NCBI GenBank assembly: GCA_001552015.1
Contig: CP010514.1
Location: 30,001 to 62,000, forward strand
Reading direction: 5' to 3'
From: Candidatus Nanopusillus acidilobi
Lineage (GTDB): Archaea > Nanobdellota > Nanobdellia > Nanobdellales > Nanobdellaceae
DNA length: 32,000 nt
Below, one piece after another: positions 1-8,251 of the stretch (position 1 is its first letter; each line of letters starts with the position of its first letter). The notes beneath the pieces were generated by a model that was not told the origin of the DNA, ran no database searches, and saw only the letters and a list, made by a program, of their open reading frames with translations. Position numbers and translations under genes: made by a program.

Positions 1-360
1 TATAATAATCTTGATATAGAAAATTTTGAATATGAATATACTGTTTGTCCAAGATGTAAAGGTTTAATTAAAAAAGCAAATCTAATTTTACAAATAAGAG
101 GATATAATAAAAATATTGAAGATGAAATATTAAAAATAGCAAAGAAAAATAGAGATATAATAAAAAAGGTAAATGAAATAAATGAAAATGATCTTGATAT
201 ATATTTATATGTAGGAAAAAATAGGATAAAGAGCTATTATAATATATTAAAAAAATATGGGGAAGTAAAATTAAGTAAAAAATTGTTTAGCTATGATAAA
301 AAAAGTGGAAATAAAAAATATATTGTAACAATATTACTAAGGGGTGAAGAAGATACATGA
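1..360 (+). CDS. C-terminal part of NMD3-like (ribosomal export/ribosome-associated) protein, 5' truncated by window edge
   Basis: Frame 1 is open from base 1 to TGA 358-360: ...YTVCPRCKGLIKKANLILQIRG...NDLDIYLYVGKNRIKSYYNILKKYGEVKLSKKLFSYDKKSGNKKYIVTILLRGEEDT. The C-x-x-C, the 'ILQIRG' and the 'D-xx-Y...GEVKLSKKL...D..SG.KKYIVTILLRG' layout resembles archaeal NMD3 proteins. Confidence 0.7.
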   Translation, partial: YNNLDIENFEYEYTVCPRCKGLIKKANLILQIRGYNKNIEDEILKIAKKNRDIIKKVNEINENDLDIYLYVGKNRIKSYYNILKKYGEVKLSKKLFSYDKKSGNKKYIVTILLRGEEDT

Positions 361-536
361 AAAACCTTATAAAAGTTTACATAATAATAAAGGGTATGGA
401 CTGGGAAGACCTAAAAAGGAGGATAAAGGAACTGAGAATGAAAGAAGAGGATGAAGGAGAAGGTTGGGAAGAATATGAAGAAGAGGATTGGGATTTGGAA
501 GAAGATTGGGACGAGGAAGGGGAAGATGAATGGTAA
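357..536 (+). CDS. Small (59 aa) Trp-rich, highly acidic protein, ATGA-overlapped with the NMD3-like gene
   Basis: Not in the ORF track. ATG 357 to TAA 536: MKNLIKVYIIIKGMDWEDLKRRIKELRMKEEDEGEGWEEYEEEDWDLEEDWDEEGEDEW. Start codon overlaps the upstream stop (ATGA). Confidence 0.6.
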   Translation: MKNLIKVYIIIKGMDWEDLKRRIKELRMKEEDEGEGWEEYEEEDWDLEEDWDEEGEDEW

Positions 537-568
537 TTTATTAATGTTTAATTTATAATATTTTTTAA

Positions 569-874
569 ATGTCTCTTTTCGAAGAAGAAGGAGTTCCTGT
601 TCCTAAGGATAGGCAAGTTATAGGAATAATTGAGGAGGTTGTTGGTTGGGCACATGCAAGGGTAAGATGTTTTGATGGAAAAACAAGAATATGTAGAGTT
701 CCACAAAATAAGAAAATGCATAAGAATATATGGTTAAAAAAGGGTACATATGTATTAGTAGAACCATGGGAGTTACAATCTGATAAAAAAGGAGATATAT
801 TATATTCATATACAGATTCAGAAGTTGAATGGCTAAAAAAGAAAGGATATTTAAAGATTGAGGAAGAGTTTTAG
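569..874 (+). CDS. eif1a: Translation initiation factor aIF1A
   Basis: 101 aa; ...QVIGIIEEVVGWAHARVRCFDGKTRICRVPQNKKMHKNIWLKKGTYVLVEPWELQSDKKGDILYSYTDSEVEWLKKKG: S1-like OB fold, typical aIF1A. Confidence 0.95.
   Translation: MSLFEEEGVPVPKDRQVIGIIEEVVGWAHARVRCFDGKTRICRVPQNKKMHKNIWLKKGTYVLVEPWELQSDKKGDILYSYTDSEVEWLKKKGYLKIEEEF
847..855 (+). promoter_or_regulatory. Putative TATA box (ATATTTAAA) for tRNA-Trp, embedded in the aIF1A coding sequence
   Basis: ATATTTAAA lies about 26 bp upstream of the mature tRNA 5' nucleotide (874). Confidence 0.6.
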
Positions 875-944
875 GGCCCGTAGTCTAGTGGCAGGACGGT
901 GGGCTCCAGACCCATTGACGGGGGTTCGAATCCCCCCGGGCCCA
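874..944 (+). tRNA. trnW: tRNA-Trp (CCA), no intron, no encoded CCA
   Basis: Folded by hand: acceptor GGGCCCG/CGGGCCC, D-arm GTCT-AGTGGCA-GGAC, anticodon arm GTGGG-CTCCAGA-CCCAT, T-arm GGGGG-TTCGAAT-CCCCC, discriminator A. First base is the last base of the aIF1A TAG stop. Confidence 0.95.
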
Positions 945-983
945 AGACCGACTACTAAAAGATAATATAAAAAGGGTTTTAAA

Positions 984-1172
984 TTAAATATTGTAATTGT
1001 TTGATATATTGCCAAATGTTTGATTTAAAGCATTATTTGATGTATTTGATAAATTTTGTTGAGATGATGAGATTTTCAAAGTTTGAGGGACTACAAAAAT
1101 TATAACTACTACTAAAACAATAAGTCCAATTATTAAAAAAAATACAAAATCTATAGCATCAGATCTTTTCAT
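984..1172 (-). CDS. Single-pass membrane microprotein with pilin-like N-terminus
   Basis: 62 aa: MKRSDAIDFVFFLIIGLIVLVVVIIFVVPQTL followed by a Ser/Asn-rich tail. Confidence 0.65.
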   Translation of the reverse strand: MKRSDAIDFVFFLIIGLIVLVVVIIFVVPQTLKISSSQQNLSNTSNNALNQTFGNISNNYNI

Positions 1173-1210
1173 ATTTTAATTTATTATATAAAAGATGAAC
1201 TTATAAAAGA

Positions 1211-1576
1211 TTAGGATGGGCACACCAACTCATCACCCATGGTTGTGCAAGTTATAGTTGTAGTCGTAGTTATAATCGTAGACGTAAATTCTCCATTCTC
1301 CCCCACTCCATAAGACGTAGTTGTAGTCGTAGTTGTAATTATAGTTGTAGAATATTGGGATGAGCTAGATCCGCCGTTTACTTGATTTGATATATTATTT
1401 ATTGCTTGACCTGTTTGATTTGTTTGATTCAATGTTGGATTTAATACATTTTGTGTTCCAGTTATTCCCTTAGAAAATGTACCTGTAAAGAATAATACTA
1501 CAACTATTAAGGCAACAAGTGCTATTATCAATATAATAATTGTATTAATTGCTATGGATTGGCCTTTCTTTACCAT
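1211..1576 (-). CDS. Pilin-like secreted/anchored protein with class III-like signal (KKGQ) and repetitive Thr-rich C-terminus
   Basis: MVKKGQSIAINTIIILIIALVALIVVVLFF...; C-terminus ...YSTTIITTTTTTTSYGVGENGEFTSTIITTTTTITCTTMGDELVCPS. Confidence 0.75.
   Translation of the reverse strand: MVKKGQSIAINTIIILIIALVALIVVVLFFTGTFSKGITGTQNVLNPTLNQTNQTGQAINNISNQVNGGSSSSQYSTTIITTTTTTTSYGVGENGEFTSTIITTTTTITCTTMGDELVCPS
1245..1350 (-). repeat. Imperfect duplicated Thr-rich coding segment
   Basis: Two copies of TTIITTTTT(T)-type runs separated by SYGVGENGEFTS; on the + strand seen as repeated 'gtagttgtagtcgtagtt(a/g)ta' tracts. Confidence 0.6.
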
Positions 1577-1628
1577 AAATTTTTATACAATTTCTATATT
1601 TTTAAATTTTTTATAAAAGATTAATTTT

Positions 1629-3509
1629 ATGTGGATATTAAGAGAAAAATTAAAAGATTATGATATAGAATTTTCTGAACCTCCAAAAAATTTAGATTAT
1701 GATATATCTATTAAATTATTCAAAGAAATAAAAAAAGGAAAAGATCCAAATATATTAGTAAATGAAATAATTGAAAAAATAAAAGAATTTGTTTCGGATT
1801 ATAAGTTTTTAAATGGATATTTAAATATTAAATTGAATAAAGAAAAATTATTAGAAAACTATAGAAAATTATTTGATTTTGAAAAAAAGAATATTAGAGT
1901 ATTTTTAGAGCATACATCTGCAAATCCAAATAAAGCATTACATATAGGTCATTTAAGAAATTCAATGATTGGAGATTCTTTATATAGATTGTTTAAAACA
2001 TTAAACTATGATGTAAATGTAATAAATTATATAGATGATACTGGTGTTCAAGTTAGTGATAATATTTTAGGAATATATTATTTAAAAATACCTGAAGAAC
2101 CAAAAGATTTCAATTTAGAGAATGTAATAAAGAATATTAAAGAATTTTTAATAAGAGAAAATTTATATAAGGAAGAATATGAAGAAAAAATTAGGAAAAT
2201 ATTTTTGGAGAGAATGAATATATTGAAAAATTTATATGGATATGAAGTTCCTGAAAAATTTGATCATTATTATGGAGATTTTATATATGTAATAGTTAAT
2301 AAATTATATGAAATAATTCCTGAATTGGAAAAATATAAATATAATATTATAAAGATGATTGAAGAGGGAAATAATGAAGTATATTATTTATCTAAAAGAA
2401 TATCTGATAGAATTTTATTTGAACAATTAAATACATTGTGGAGATTTAATATATATTTTAATTTAATCATTAGAGAATCTGATATATTAAAGTATAAATT
2501 ATTTGATAATGCATTAAAAGTATTGGAAGAAAATAAAATGATAAAAAAGAATGGTACAATTTCTTTAGATTTAACAAGATGGGAGGATATATATAAAGCA
2601 TATTCAAATAAAGAAAAGGTTCTTGTAAGATCAAATGGAACTACTACATATATTGCAAAGGATATTGCATATGCAATGTGGAAACATGGTATAATTAGAT
2701 CAGATATTAAATTTAAAGAATATATAAAACAACCAAATGGAGAATATATATATGAAATAAATAATGAAGGAAAAGAAATTGAACCATGTAAAATTTCAGT
2801 AAATGTAATTGGAATGGAACAAATGCATAATCAATTAATGGTAAAAAGAGTAATTGAAGAAATTGATAAAGATTCAAAATATATATATTATGGATATGGA
2901 TTAGTTAGATTGCATAGAAATACTGCAAAAATATTTGGAATAAATGAGGATATAAAAATGTCTGGAAGAAAGGGATTATATATAAATGTTGATGATTTAT
3001 ATGAGAAATTATATAATATTGCATATGATAAATTTAAGGATAAAGAAAAAGCTGAAAAAGTAGTAAAAAGTTTTATATCATTAGAAATGTTGAAATATGA
3101 TAGAAATACTGCAATATTGTTTGATATTGATAAAATGTTAAATTTGGAAGAAGGGAATGCAATATACTTTTTATATACATATGCAAGAATAAAATCATTA
3201 TTAAATAAAGTTGATAAAATACCTGAAGAGTTTGAAATAAAAGAATTAAATAAATATGAAGAAAAATTAATTATTAATATATTTAAATTTAAGGATGTAA
3301 TCTATGATATTGAAAAATCATTAGAATTAAATCATTTATATAAATATTTAATAGATCTGGTTAGATCATTTAATGAATTTTATCAAAATGTTCCAATATT
3401 AAATTATAAAGATAAATATCCACATAGATTATTCCTAGTATATTTAACGAAAGAAATATTGGATAAAATATTCTATATATTGAAAATTGAACCTGTAGAA
3501 AGTATTTAA
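1629..3509 (+). CDS. argS: Arginyl-tRNA synthetase
   Basis: 626 aa; EHTSANPNKALHIGHLRNSMIGDSLYRLFK (HIGH), VRSNGTTTYIAKDIAYAMWKH, GMEQMHNQLMVKRV, class Ia C-terminal region with DLVRSFNEFYQNVPI. Confidence 0.97.
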   Translation: MWILREKLKDYDIEFSEPPKNLDYDISIKLFKEIKKGKDPNILVNEIIEKIKEFVSDYKFLNGYLNIKLNKEKLLENYRKLFDFEKKNIRVFLEHTSANPNKALHIGHLRNSMIGDSLYRLFKTLNYDVNVINYIDDTGVQVSDNILGIYYLKIPEEPKDFNLENVIKNIKEFLIRENLYKEEYEEKIRKIFLERMNILKNLYGYEVPEKFDHYYGDFIYVIVNKLYEIIPELEKYKYNIIKMIEEGNNEVYYLSKRISDRILFEQLNTLWRFNIYFNLIIRESDILKYKLFDNALKVLEENKMIKKNGTISLDLTRWEDIYKAYSNKEKVLVRSNGTTTYIAKDIAYAMWKHGIIRSDIKFKEYIKQPNGEYIYEINNEGKEIEPCKISVNVIGMEQMHNQLMVKRVIEEIDKDSKYIYYGYGLVRLHRNTAKIFGINEDIKMSGRKGLYINVDDLYEKLYNIAYDKFKDKEKAEKVVKSFISLEMLKYDRNTAILFDIDKMLNLEEGNAIYFLYTYARIKSLLNKVDKIPEEFEIKELNKYEEKLIINIFKFKDVIYDIEKSLELNHLYKYLIDLVRSFNEFYQNVPILNYKDKYPHRLFLVYLTKEILDKIFYILKIEPVESI

Positions 3510-3533
3510 AAATATAATATATATTATCAATTT

Positions 3534-3848
3534 ATGTCAATGATAAGGATTAAAATGTGGGGAACTGATTTAAAAACAATGAATCAATTTACTAATCAAT
3601 TGTTAAAAATAATTGAACAATTGGGTATTGAAAAGAGAGGTCCTGTTAATTTACCAACAAAAATAATTAGAATACCTACTATGAGAACATTGGGAAAGAG
3701 AGGTACAAAAATATATGAAACATATCAAATAAGAATATATAGAAGATTTTTAGATGTTGCAAATGATGAAAGATTTTTCAAAAATTACTTTATAAATATG
3801 CAAATTCCATCAAAAGGATTTAGAATATCATTAAAGATAATAAAATGA
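3534..3848 (+). CDS. rps10: Small ribosomal subunit protein uS10
   Basis: 104 aa; IRIKMWGTDLKTMNQFTNQLL...KRGPVNLPTKIIRIPTMRT...YETYQIRIYRRFLDV. Confidence 0.95.
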   Translation: MSMIRIKMWGTDLKTMNQFTNQLLKIIEQLGIEKRGPVNLPTKIIRIPTMRTLGKRGTKIYETYQIRIYRRFLDVANDERFFKNYFINMQIPSKGFRISLKIIK

Positions 3849-4828
3849 GCTATATTTTATTGAGATATAATGGATTATATATATTTGATGATAATTTAGA
3901 AAATTTTAAGAAAATTGATGTTGAATTAAATTTAGAAGATTTAGAAGAAATATATAAAAACAAGTTACCTGAAAAGATAAAAAATTATATAAAGGAAAAT
4001 GATATTTTCATTGGACAAAGATTTGAAGGATATAAATATACAGAAGATACAAGTATAATAAGAAAAACATTGGAAAAAATTGGAGAAGAAAAGATTGATA
4101 ATAAATTATTTATTGATTTATTAAAGGAACAAATATCAGATTCAATAAGTAGGGATGAAATGATAATTCAAGCAATAAGTTTTCTTGATGATTTAAATAA
4201 ATCATTGAATTTATTTATGGAAAGATTTAGGGAATGGTATGGATTATATTTTCCAGAAATTTCACAGGAAATTGAGGATCATGAGAAATTTATAAGAACA
4301 ATTGTAAATTCAAATAGGGAAGAATTAATGAAAAAATATAATATTAATAAAACAATGGGTGGAAAAATATTTGAAAAAGAAGATTTGGAAATAATGAATG
4401 AAATATCATTAAAAATAAAGGAAATTTATGATTTAAGAAAAAATTTGGAAGATTATATTGAAAAATTAATGAAAGAAATTGCTCCAAATTTATCAGAAAT
4501 TGCTACTCCAAAAATTGGTGCAAGATTAATATTATTAGCTGGCGGATTAAAGGAATTATCATTATTACCTTCTTCAACAATACAAGTTTTAGGTGCAGAA
4601 AAAGCATTGTTTTTGCATTTATCTAAAGGTATAAAACCTCCAAAACATGGTGTAATATTTAATCATCCATATTTACAAAAATTACCTCCAAAAAGAAGAG
4701 GAGCAATGGCTAGAACATTAGCATCAAAAATATCTATTGCAGTAAAAGCAGATTTGAATGGAAAGATAATATATCAAAAATTGAAGGAAGAATTGGATAA
4801 AAGATTTAAAGAATTATCTGAAAAATGA
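3845..4828 (+). CDS. nop5: Nop5/Nop56-58 family C/D box RNP core protein
   Basis: 327 aa; ...LFMERFREWYGLYFPEI...NLSEIATPKIGARLILLAGGLKELSLLPSSTIQVLGAEKALFLHLSKGIKPPKHGVIFNHPYLQKLPPKRRGAMARTLASKISIAVKAD. Confidence 0.97.
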   Translation: MSYILLRYNGLYIFDDNLENFKKIDVELNLEDLEEIYKNKLPEKIKNYIKENDIFIGQRFEGYKYTEDTSIIRKTLEKIGEEKIDNKLFIDLLKEQISDSISRDEMIIQAISFLDDLNKSLNLFMERFREWYGLYFPEISQEIEDHEKFIRTIVNSNREELMKKYNINKTMGGKIFEKEDLEIMNEISLKIKEIYDLRKNLEDYIEKLMKEIAPNLSEIATPKIGARLILLAGGLKELSLLPSSTIQVLGAEKALFLHLSKGIKPPKHGVIFNHPYLQKLPPKRRGAMARTLASKISIAVKADLNGKIIYQKLKEELDKRFKELSEK

Positions 4829-5499
4829 AATTAAAGCCATTAAAAGAGAATAAGAATATATTTATTGATGAAAAAGGTAGATTATATACAAAGAATTTGG
4901 TACCTGGAAAAGTTGTATATGAAGAAAGATTGGTAAAGTATAATAATGAGGAATATAGAGAATGGATTACAAATAGATCAAAATTAGCAGCAGCAATTAA
5001 GAAAAATATTGGAGAAGTACCAATTAATAAAGGTGATAAAATATTGTATTTAGGTATTGCATCAGGTACAACTGCATCACATATTTCTGATATAATTGAT
5101 AAAAATGGATTAATATTTGGTGTAGATATTTCTGCAAGAATATTAAGGGATCTTGTCCCAATATTATATGATAGAAAAAATATTATTGGAATATTGGCGG
5201 ATGCTGACAAACCATGGGAATATTTACATATTGTTACAAAGGTTGATTTAATATATCAAGATGTTGCACAACCACATCAGGTAAAAATATTTATTAAAAA
5301 TATTGAATATTATTTAAAAAATAAGGGATATGGATTTTTAGCAGTAAAAGCAAGATCAATTGATGTATCTAGAGATCCAAAAGAAATATTTAAGGAAGTA
5401 AGAAAGGAATTGGAAGATTATGGATTAAGAATAATAAAAGAAGTAAGATTGGAACCATATCATATTGATCATTCAATGTTTTTAATTCAAAATAAATAA
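4825..5499 (+). CDS. flpA: Fibrillarin-like rRNA/tRNA 2'-O-methyltransferase
   Basis: 224 aa; YREWITNRSKLAAAIKKNIGEVPINKGDKILYLGIASGTTASHISDII...YQDVAQPHQVKIFIKN...LAVKARSIDVSRDP. ATGA overlap with nop5. Confidence 0.97.
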   Translation: MKLKPLKENKNIFIDEKGRLYTKNLVPGKVVYEERLVKYNNEEYREWITNRSKLAAAIKKNIGEVPINKGDKILYLGIASGTTASHISDIIDKNGLIFGVDISARILRDLVPILYDRKNIIGILADADKPWEYLHIVTKVDLIYQDVAQPHQVKIFIKNIEYYLKNKGYGFLAVKARSIDVSRDPKEIFKEVRKELEDYGLRIIKEVRLEPYHIDHSMFLIQNK

Positions 5500-5529
5500 T
5501 TTTTAAAGGTTATTATAAATATATAAAAA

Positions 5530-5805
5530 ATGCTGCATGCTATAAGAGAAATTGATAGAAATGGAAGGGAAATATATAAATGTCCATTATGTGGTCATGT
5601 ATTTGTAAATAGCAAGCAATATAGTAGACATTTAATGAAATCCCATTTAAGAAATGTTACAATGAATAAAAGAAAATGGAAGAAATTTATGAAACAATTA
5701 TTATTAATTGATATAAAGGAAAAAAGTAATATTGAATTAACAAATTATGAAAGATACTTAAAGATAAAATCAAAGTTAAATAATATAAAGCTAAATAGTG
5801 AATAA
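5530..5805 (+). CDS. Small C2H2 zinc-finger protein
   Basis: 91 aa; YKCPLCGHVFVNSKQYSRHLMKSH (C-x2-C-x12-H-x4-H). Confidence 0.8.
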   Translation: MLHAIREIDRNGREIYKCPLCGHVFVNSKQYSRHLMKSHLRNVTMNKRKWKKFMKQLLLIDIKEKSNIELTNYERYLKIKSKLNNIKLNSE

Positions 5806-6330
5806 TTTTGTCTTTTCTTTTCCAGATAGTTCTCTAATTATTCTTTCATAAATTATATTTTGTATATTTTTAATTCCCTTTACTCTTTCTTCAATATCTT
5901 TAAATGATTCAAATGGTTTCTTCTGTCTTTCTTCAATAATTTTTTGAACAGTTACTTTTCCAATATCTGGTAATAATTCCAATGTATGTATTCTAATATT
6001 TAATGGACCAGCTTTATTAAAAAATTCTACAAATTTTTTCTCATTTTTTGCTATTAGATCTCTTATTGCTTTTTCTAAATTTGCTTTTGCAATTTCAGGT
6101 AATTCATCAAAGGATAATCTTTTTAATATAGATCTTACCTTATCCCTTTGTTTATTTCCAATATATAATTCTTCAAATAAATTTACTGTAACACCAGGTT
6201 TTAATGTTAATAATAATAATGTAAAATAATCCCTTCCAACAGTATATACTACTGGCTCCTTTATATTTTTTGTTGGATCTCCGCCTGGCAAATAATATAT
6301 TACAATTGCATACTCTTCTCTTTTATCCAT
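5791..6330 (-). CDS. DUF655 family protein (putative RNA-binding, helix-hairpin-helix)
   Basis: 179 aa; EEYAIVIYYLPGGDPTKN...VYTVGRDYFTLLLLTLKPGVTVNLFEELYIG...RIHTLELLPDIGKVTVQKIIEERQKKPFESFKDIEERVKG. Adjacent to rpoF as in many archaea. Confidence 0.9.
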   Translation of the reverse strand: MDKREEYAIVIYYLPGGDPTKNIKEPVVYTVGRDYFTLLLLTLKPGVTVNLFEELYIGNKQRDKVRSILKRLSFDELPEIAKANLEKAIRDLIAKNEKKFVEFFNKAGPLNIRIHTLELLPDIGKVTVQKIIEERQKKPFESFKDIEERVKGIKNIQNIIYERIIRELSGKEKTKLFTI

Positions 6331-6640
6331 ATTTCTTTATTACATTTAATATTTTTTCAATATCTTGTTTGCTTAAAGTATGCGTATATAATACTGCCCT
6401 TAATTCTTCTTCATTTTTTGGTAAAAATTCTAATATTTGTATTTTTACTTCATCTGGTAAATTTATATCTTTTAATTCTTCTAATATTTCTTTTTCTTCA
6501 TTTTCATCTAATTTATATGTATCATTAAGGAATTTTAATGTTCTTTCTTCTACATATAATAAATTTCTCTTTTCTTTATTTTTTTGTAATATATTTTTAA
6601 CATTTGCAGGTGTTATAAGCTTTTTATTCAGTACTTCCAT
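6323..6640 (-). CDS. rpoF: RNA polymerase subunit F (Rpo4/Rpb4-like)
   Basis: 105 aa; ITPANVKNILQK...YVEERTLKFLNDTYKL...EEELRAVLYTHTLSKQDIEKILNVIKKYG; overlaps the DUF655 start by 8 nt. Confidence 0.9.
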   Translation of the reverse strand: MEVLNKKLITPANVKNILQKNKEKRNLLYVEERTLKFLNDTYKLDENEEKEILEELKDINLPDEVKIQILEFLPKNEEELRAVLYTHTLSKQDIEKILNVIKKYG

Positions 6641-6692
6641 TTATATATCTTTTTAAATATTATTTAAAAATATATCATGAACTTTTAATTTA

Positions 6693-7016
6693 ATGACTGC
6701 AAGAAAGGGGAAGGGTTCTAGAAGAAAAACAAGGGATAAATTATCATTACATATAAGGGAACATGGTAAAATAAAGATAAGGAAAATATTACAAGAATTC
6801 AATATAAATGATAAAGTTGTAATAAAGATTGATCCATCATATAATAAAACAATGCCTCATCCAAAATATCATGGAATGGTTGGAACAATTATAGGAAAAA
6901 GGGGGGAATGTTATGAAGTTTTAGTAAATGATAAAGGAAAAGAAAAAATGATAATTGTTCATCCAGCACATTTAGAAAAATTTAAGGAACAGGTTTCTCC
7001 TGTTCAATCTTCTTAG
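6693..7016 (+). CDS. rpl21e: Large ribosomal subunit protein eL21
   Basis: 107 aa; RKGKGSRRKTRDKLSLHIREHGKIKIRKILQEFNINDKVVIKIDPSYNKTMPHPKYHGMVGTIIGKRGECYEV. Confidence 0.95.
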   Translation: MTARKGKGSRRKTRDKLSLHIREHGKIKIRKILQEFNINDKVVIKIDPSYNKTMPHPKYHGMVGTIIGKRGECYEVLVNDKGKEKMIIVHPAHLEKFKEQVSPVQSS

Positions 7017-7539
7017 TTATATTATTTAAAATAATATCCCTTAATTTTATCATATCATCCTTTTTAATTAATGGTAATTCAATTGTTAAACTTACACTTT
7101 TATTTAATAAAAATGTATGAGTATATATTTTTATTGTATATAATTTTCTAATTTTCTCATATAAACTCTGATATATTTCTATATTATTTATATATGAATT
7201 TTCTATTGATCTTATATTTTCATTTTCAATCAATATTAATCTTTTATTTGTAAATATTATATAATAGTTCTTTGCCTTTTCATAATATTTTAATGCAATA
7301 TAATATACAATTGAAGTAATAAAAAATAATAAAAATAAGGATAATATATTTGGGTTATAATATTCTGAAATTAAGAATGTAACAAAATATATAGAAAAAA
7401 TTAAATATAATGGAAATGTATATCTTAATGAATATATTGATGGATTATAATTAATAGTAAATAATGGATCTTCATTTTCCAATTTTATTTTTTCATTTAT
7501 TTTTTCTTTTTCAAATGATAAATAATAATCTCCTTTCAT
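6982..7539 (-). CDS. Two-TM protein with bacterial-PH-like domain (putative)
   Basis: 185 aa; two hydrophobic segments, then YYIIFTNKRLILIENENIRSIENSYINNIEIYQSLYEKI, as in bPH/YdbT-type proteins. Confidence 0.45.
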   Translation of the reverse strand: MKGDYYLSFEKEKINEKIKLENEDPLFTINYNPSIYSLRYTFPLYLIFSIYFVTFLISEYYNPNILSLFLLFFITSIVYYIALKYYEKAKNYYIIFTNKRLILIENENIRSIENSYINNIEIYQSLYEKIRKLYTIKIYTHTFLLNKSVSLTIELPLIKKDDMIKLRDIILNNITKKIEQEKPVP

Positions 7540-7589
7540 TTTTGTTTATTTATTCAAAAATTTATAAATATTGTTTTTTATTTATTTTT

Positions 7590-8030
7590 ATGGATCTAAA
7601 ATTTGATAAAAGGTTATTATTATTAATAATATTCTCAATAATAGGTTTAATTATATATATTTATTTATCATATGTTGTTTTAATAAATAGCTCATTACCA
7701 TTATTTTGTTCTATTAATAATACCCCAATAAATTGTGAAAATGTAATAAGAAGTCCATATTCAAAATTGTTTGGAATACCTTTAGAAATATATGTAATTT
7801 TATATTTCATAATTGATATATTTTTGATATTATTATTGTATAAGAAAATGTTTAAGATAATTTATAATTTATTATATAGATTAATTGGTATTATATTTGT
7901 AATATTTTCATTATATGTAATGTTATTTTTAATTCATTCAATATGTTTATATTGTTCTACAGTGGATGGAATATTGATTATCAATTTTGGGATAATTTTA
8001 TATTATTATAAAAAGAAAGTTTTCGAATAA
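7590..8030 (+). CDS. VKOR family thiol-disulfide oxidoreductase (vitamin K epoxide reductase-like)
   Basis: Track start 7464 looks too early; ATG 7590 gives MDLKFDKRLLLLIIFSIIGLIIYIYLSYVV...PLFCSINNTPINCENVIRSPYSKLFGIPLEIYVILYF...HSICLYCSTVDGILIINFGIILYY. Hallmarks: NCxxVxxSxYSxxFGIP and CxxC in a 4-TM protein. Confidence 0.88.
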   Translation: MDLKFDKRLLLLIIFSIIGLIIYIYLSYVVLINSSLPLFCSINNTPINCENVIRSPYSKLFGIPLEIYVILYFIIDIFLILLLYKKMFKIIYNLLYRLIGIIFVIFSLYVMLFLIHSICLYCSTVDGILIINFGIILYYYKKKVFE

Positions 8031-8062
8031 AATTTATAATTGATAAGATTTTTTAGATATAT

Positions 8063-8251
8063 ATGAAAAATAGTATAGCAATAGATATGGTAATAATTAT
8101 AGTTATTGCATTAGTTATTTTAGTTTTGGCAGTTTTGTTTGGATATAAAATATTTTTAGGTGGAAATAATACAGCAAATGAGTCAATTAATTTTCTTAAT
8201 AACAGCTTTAATAATATTACAAATCAATCAATTTCAAATATAATAAAATGA
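8063..8251 (+). CDS. Single-pass membrane microprotein with pilin-like N-terminus
   Basis: 62 aa: MKNSIAIDMVIIIVIALVILVLAVLFGYKIFLGG plus an Asn-rich tail; ATGA overlap with the downstream gene. Confidence 0.75.
   Translation: MKNSIAIDMVIIIVIALVILVLAVLFGYKIFLGGNNTANESINFLNNSFNNITNQSISNIIK

Noticed and set aside
1055-1090. Possible box C/D sRNA (gatgatga ... ttgagg)
   Set aside because: Only a C-like box; no convincing D box, terminal stem or guide spacing, and it lies antisense within a small ORF.
1245-1350. gta/gtt/gtc-rich repeat tract considered as CRISPR or satellite
   Set aside because: No regular repeats with unique spacers; it encodes a Thr-rich protein tail in frame.
4806-5210. 134-aa minus-strand ORF opposite flpA
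   Set aside because: Antisense shadow of fibrillarin; no motifs and no plausible expression signals.
6270-6656. 128-aa plus-strand ORF opposite rpoF
   Set aside because: Shadow of rpoF; Phe/Ser-rich antisense-type composition.
7464-7589. N-terminal extension MDLHFPILFFHLFFLFQ... of the VKOR ORF
   Set aside because: It is antisense to the 5' end of the upstream gene; the internal ATG at 7590 gives a normal VKOR start with short leader and TM1.
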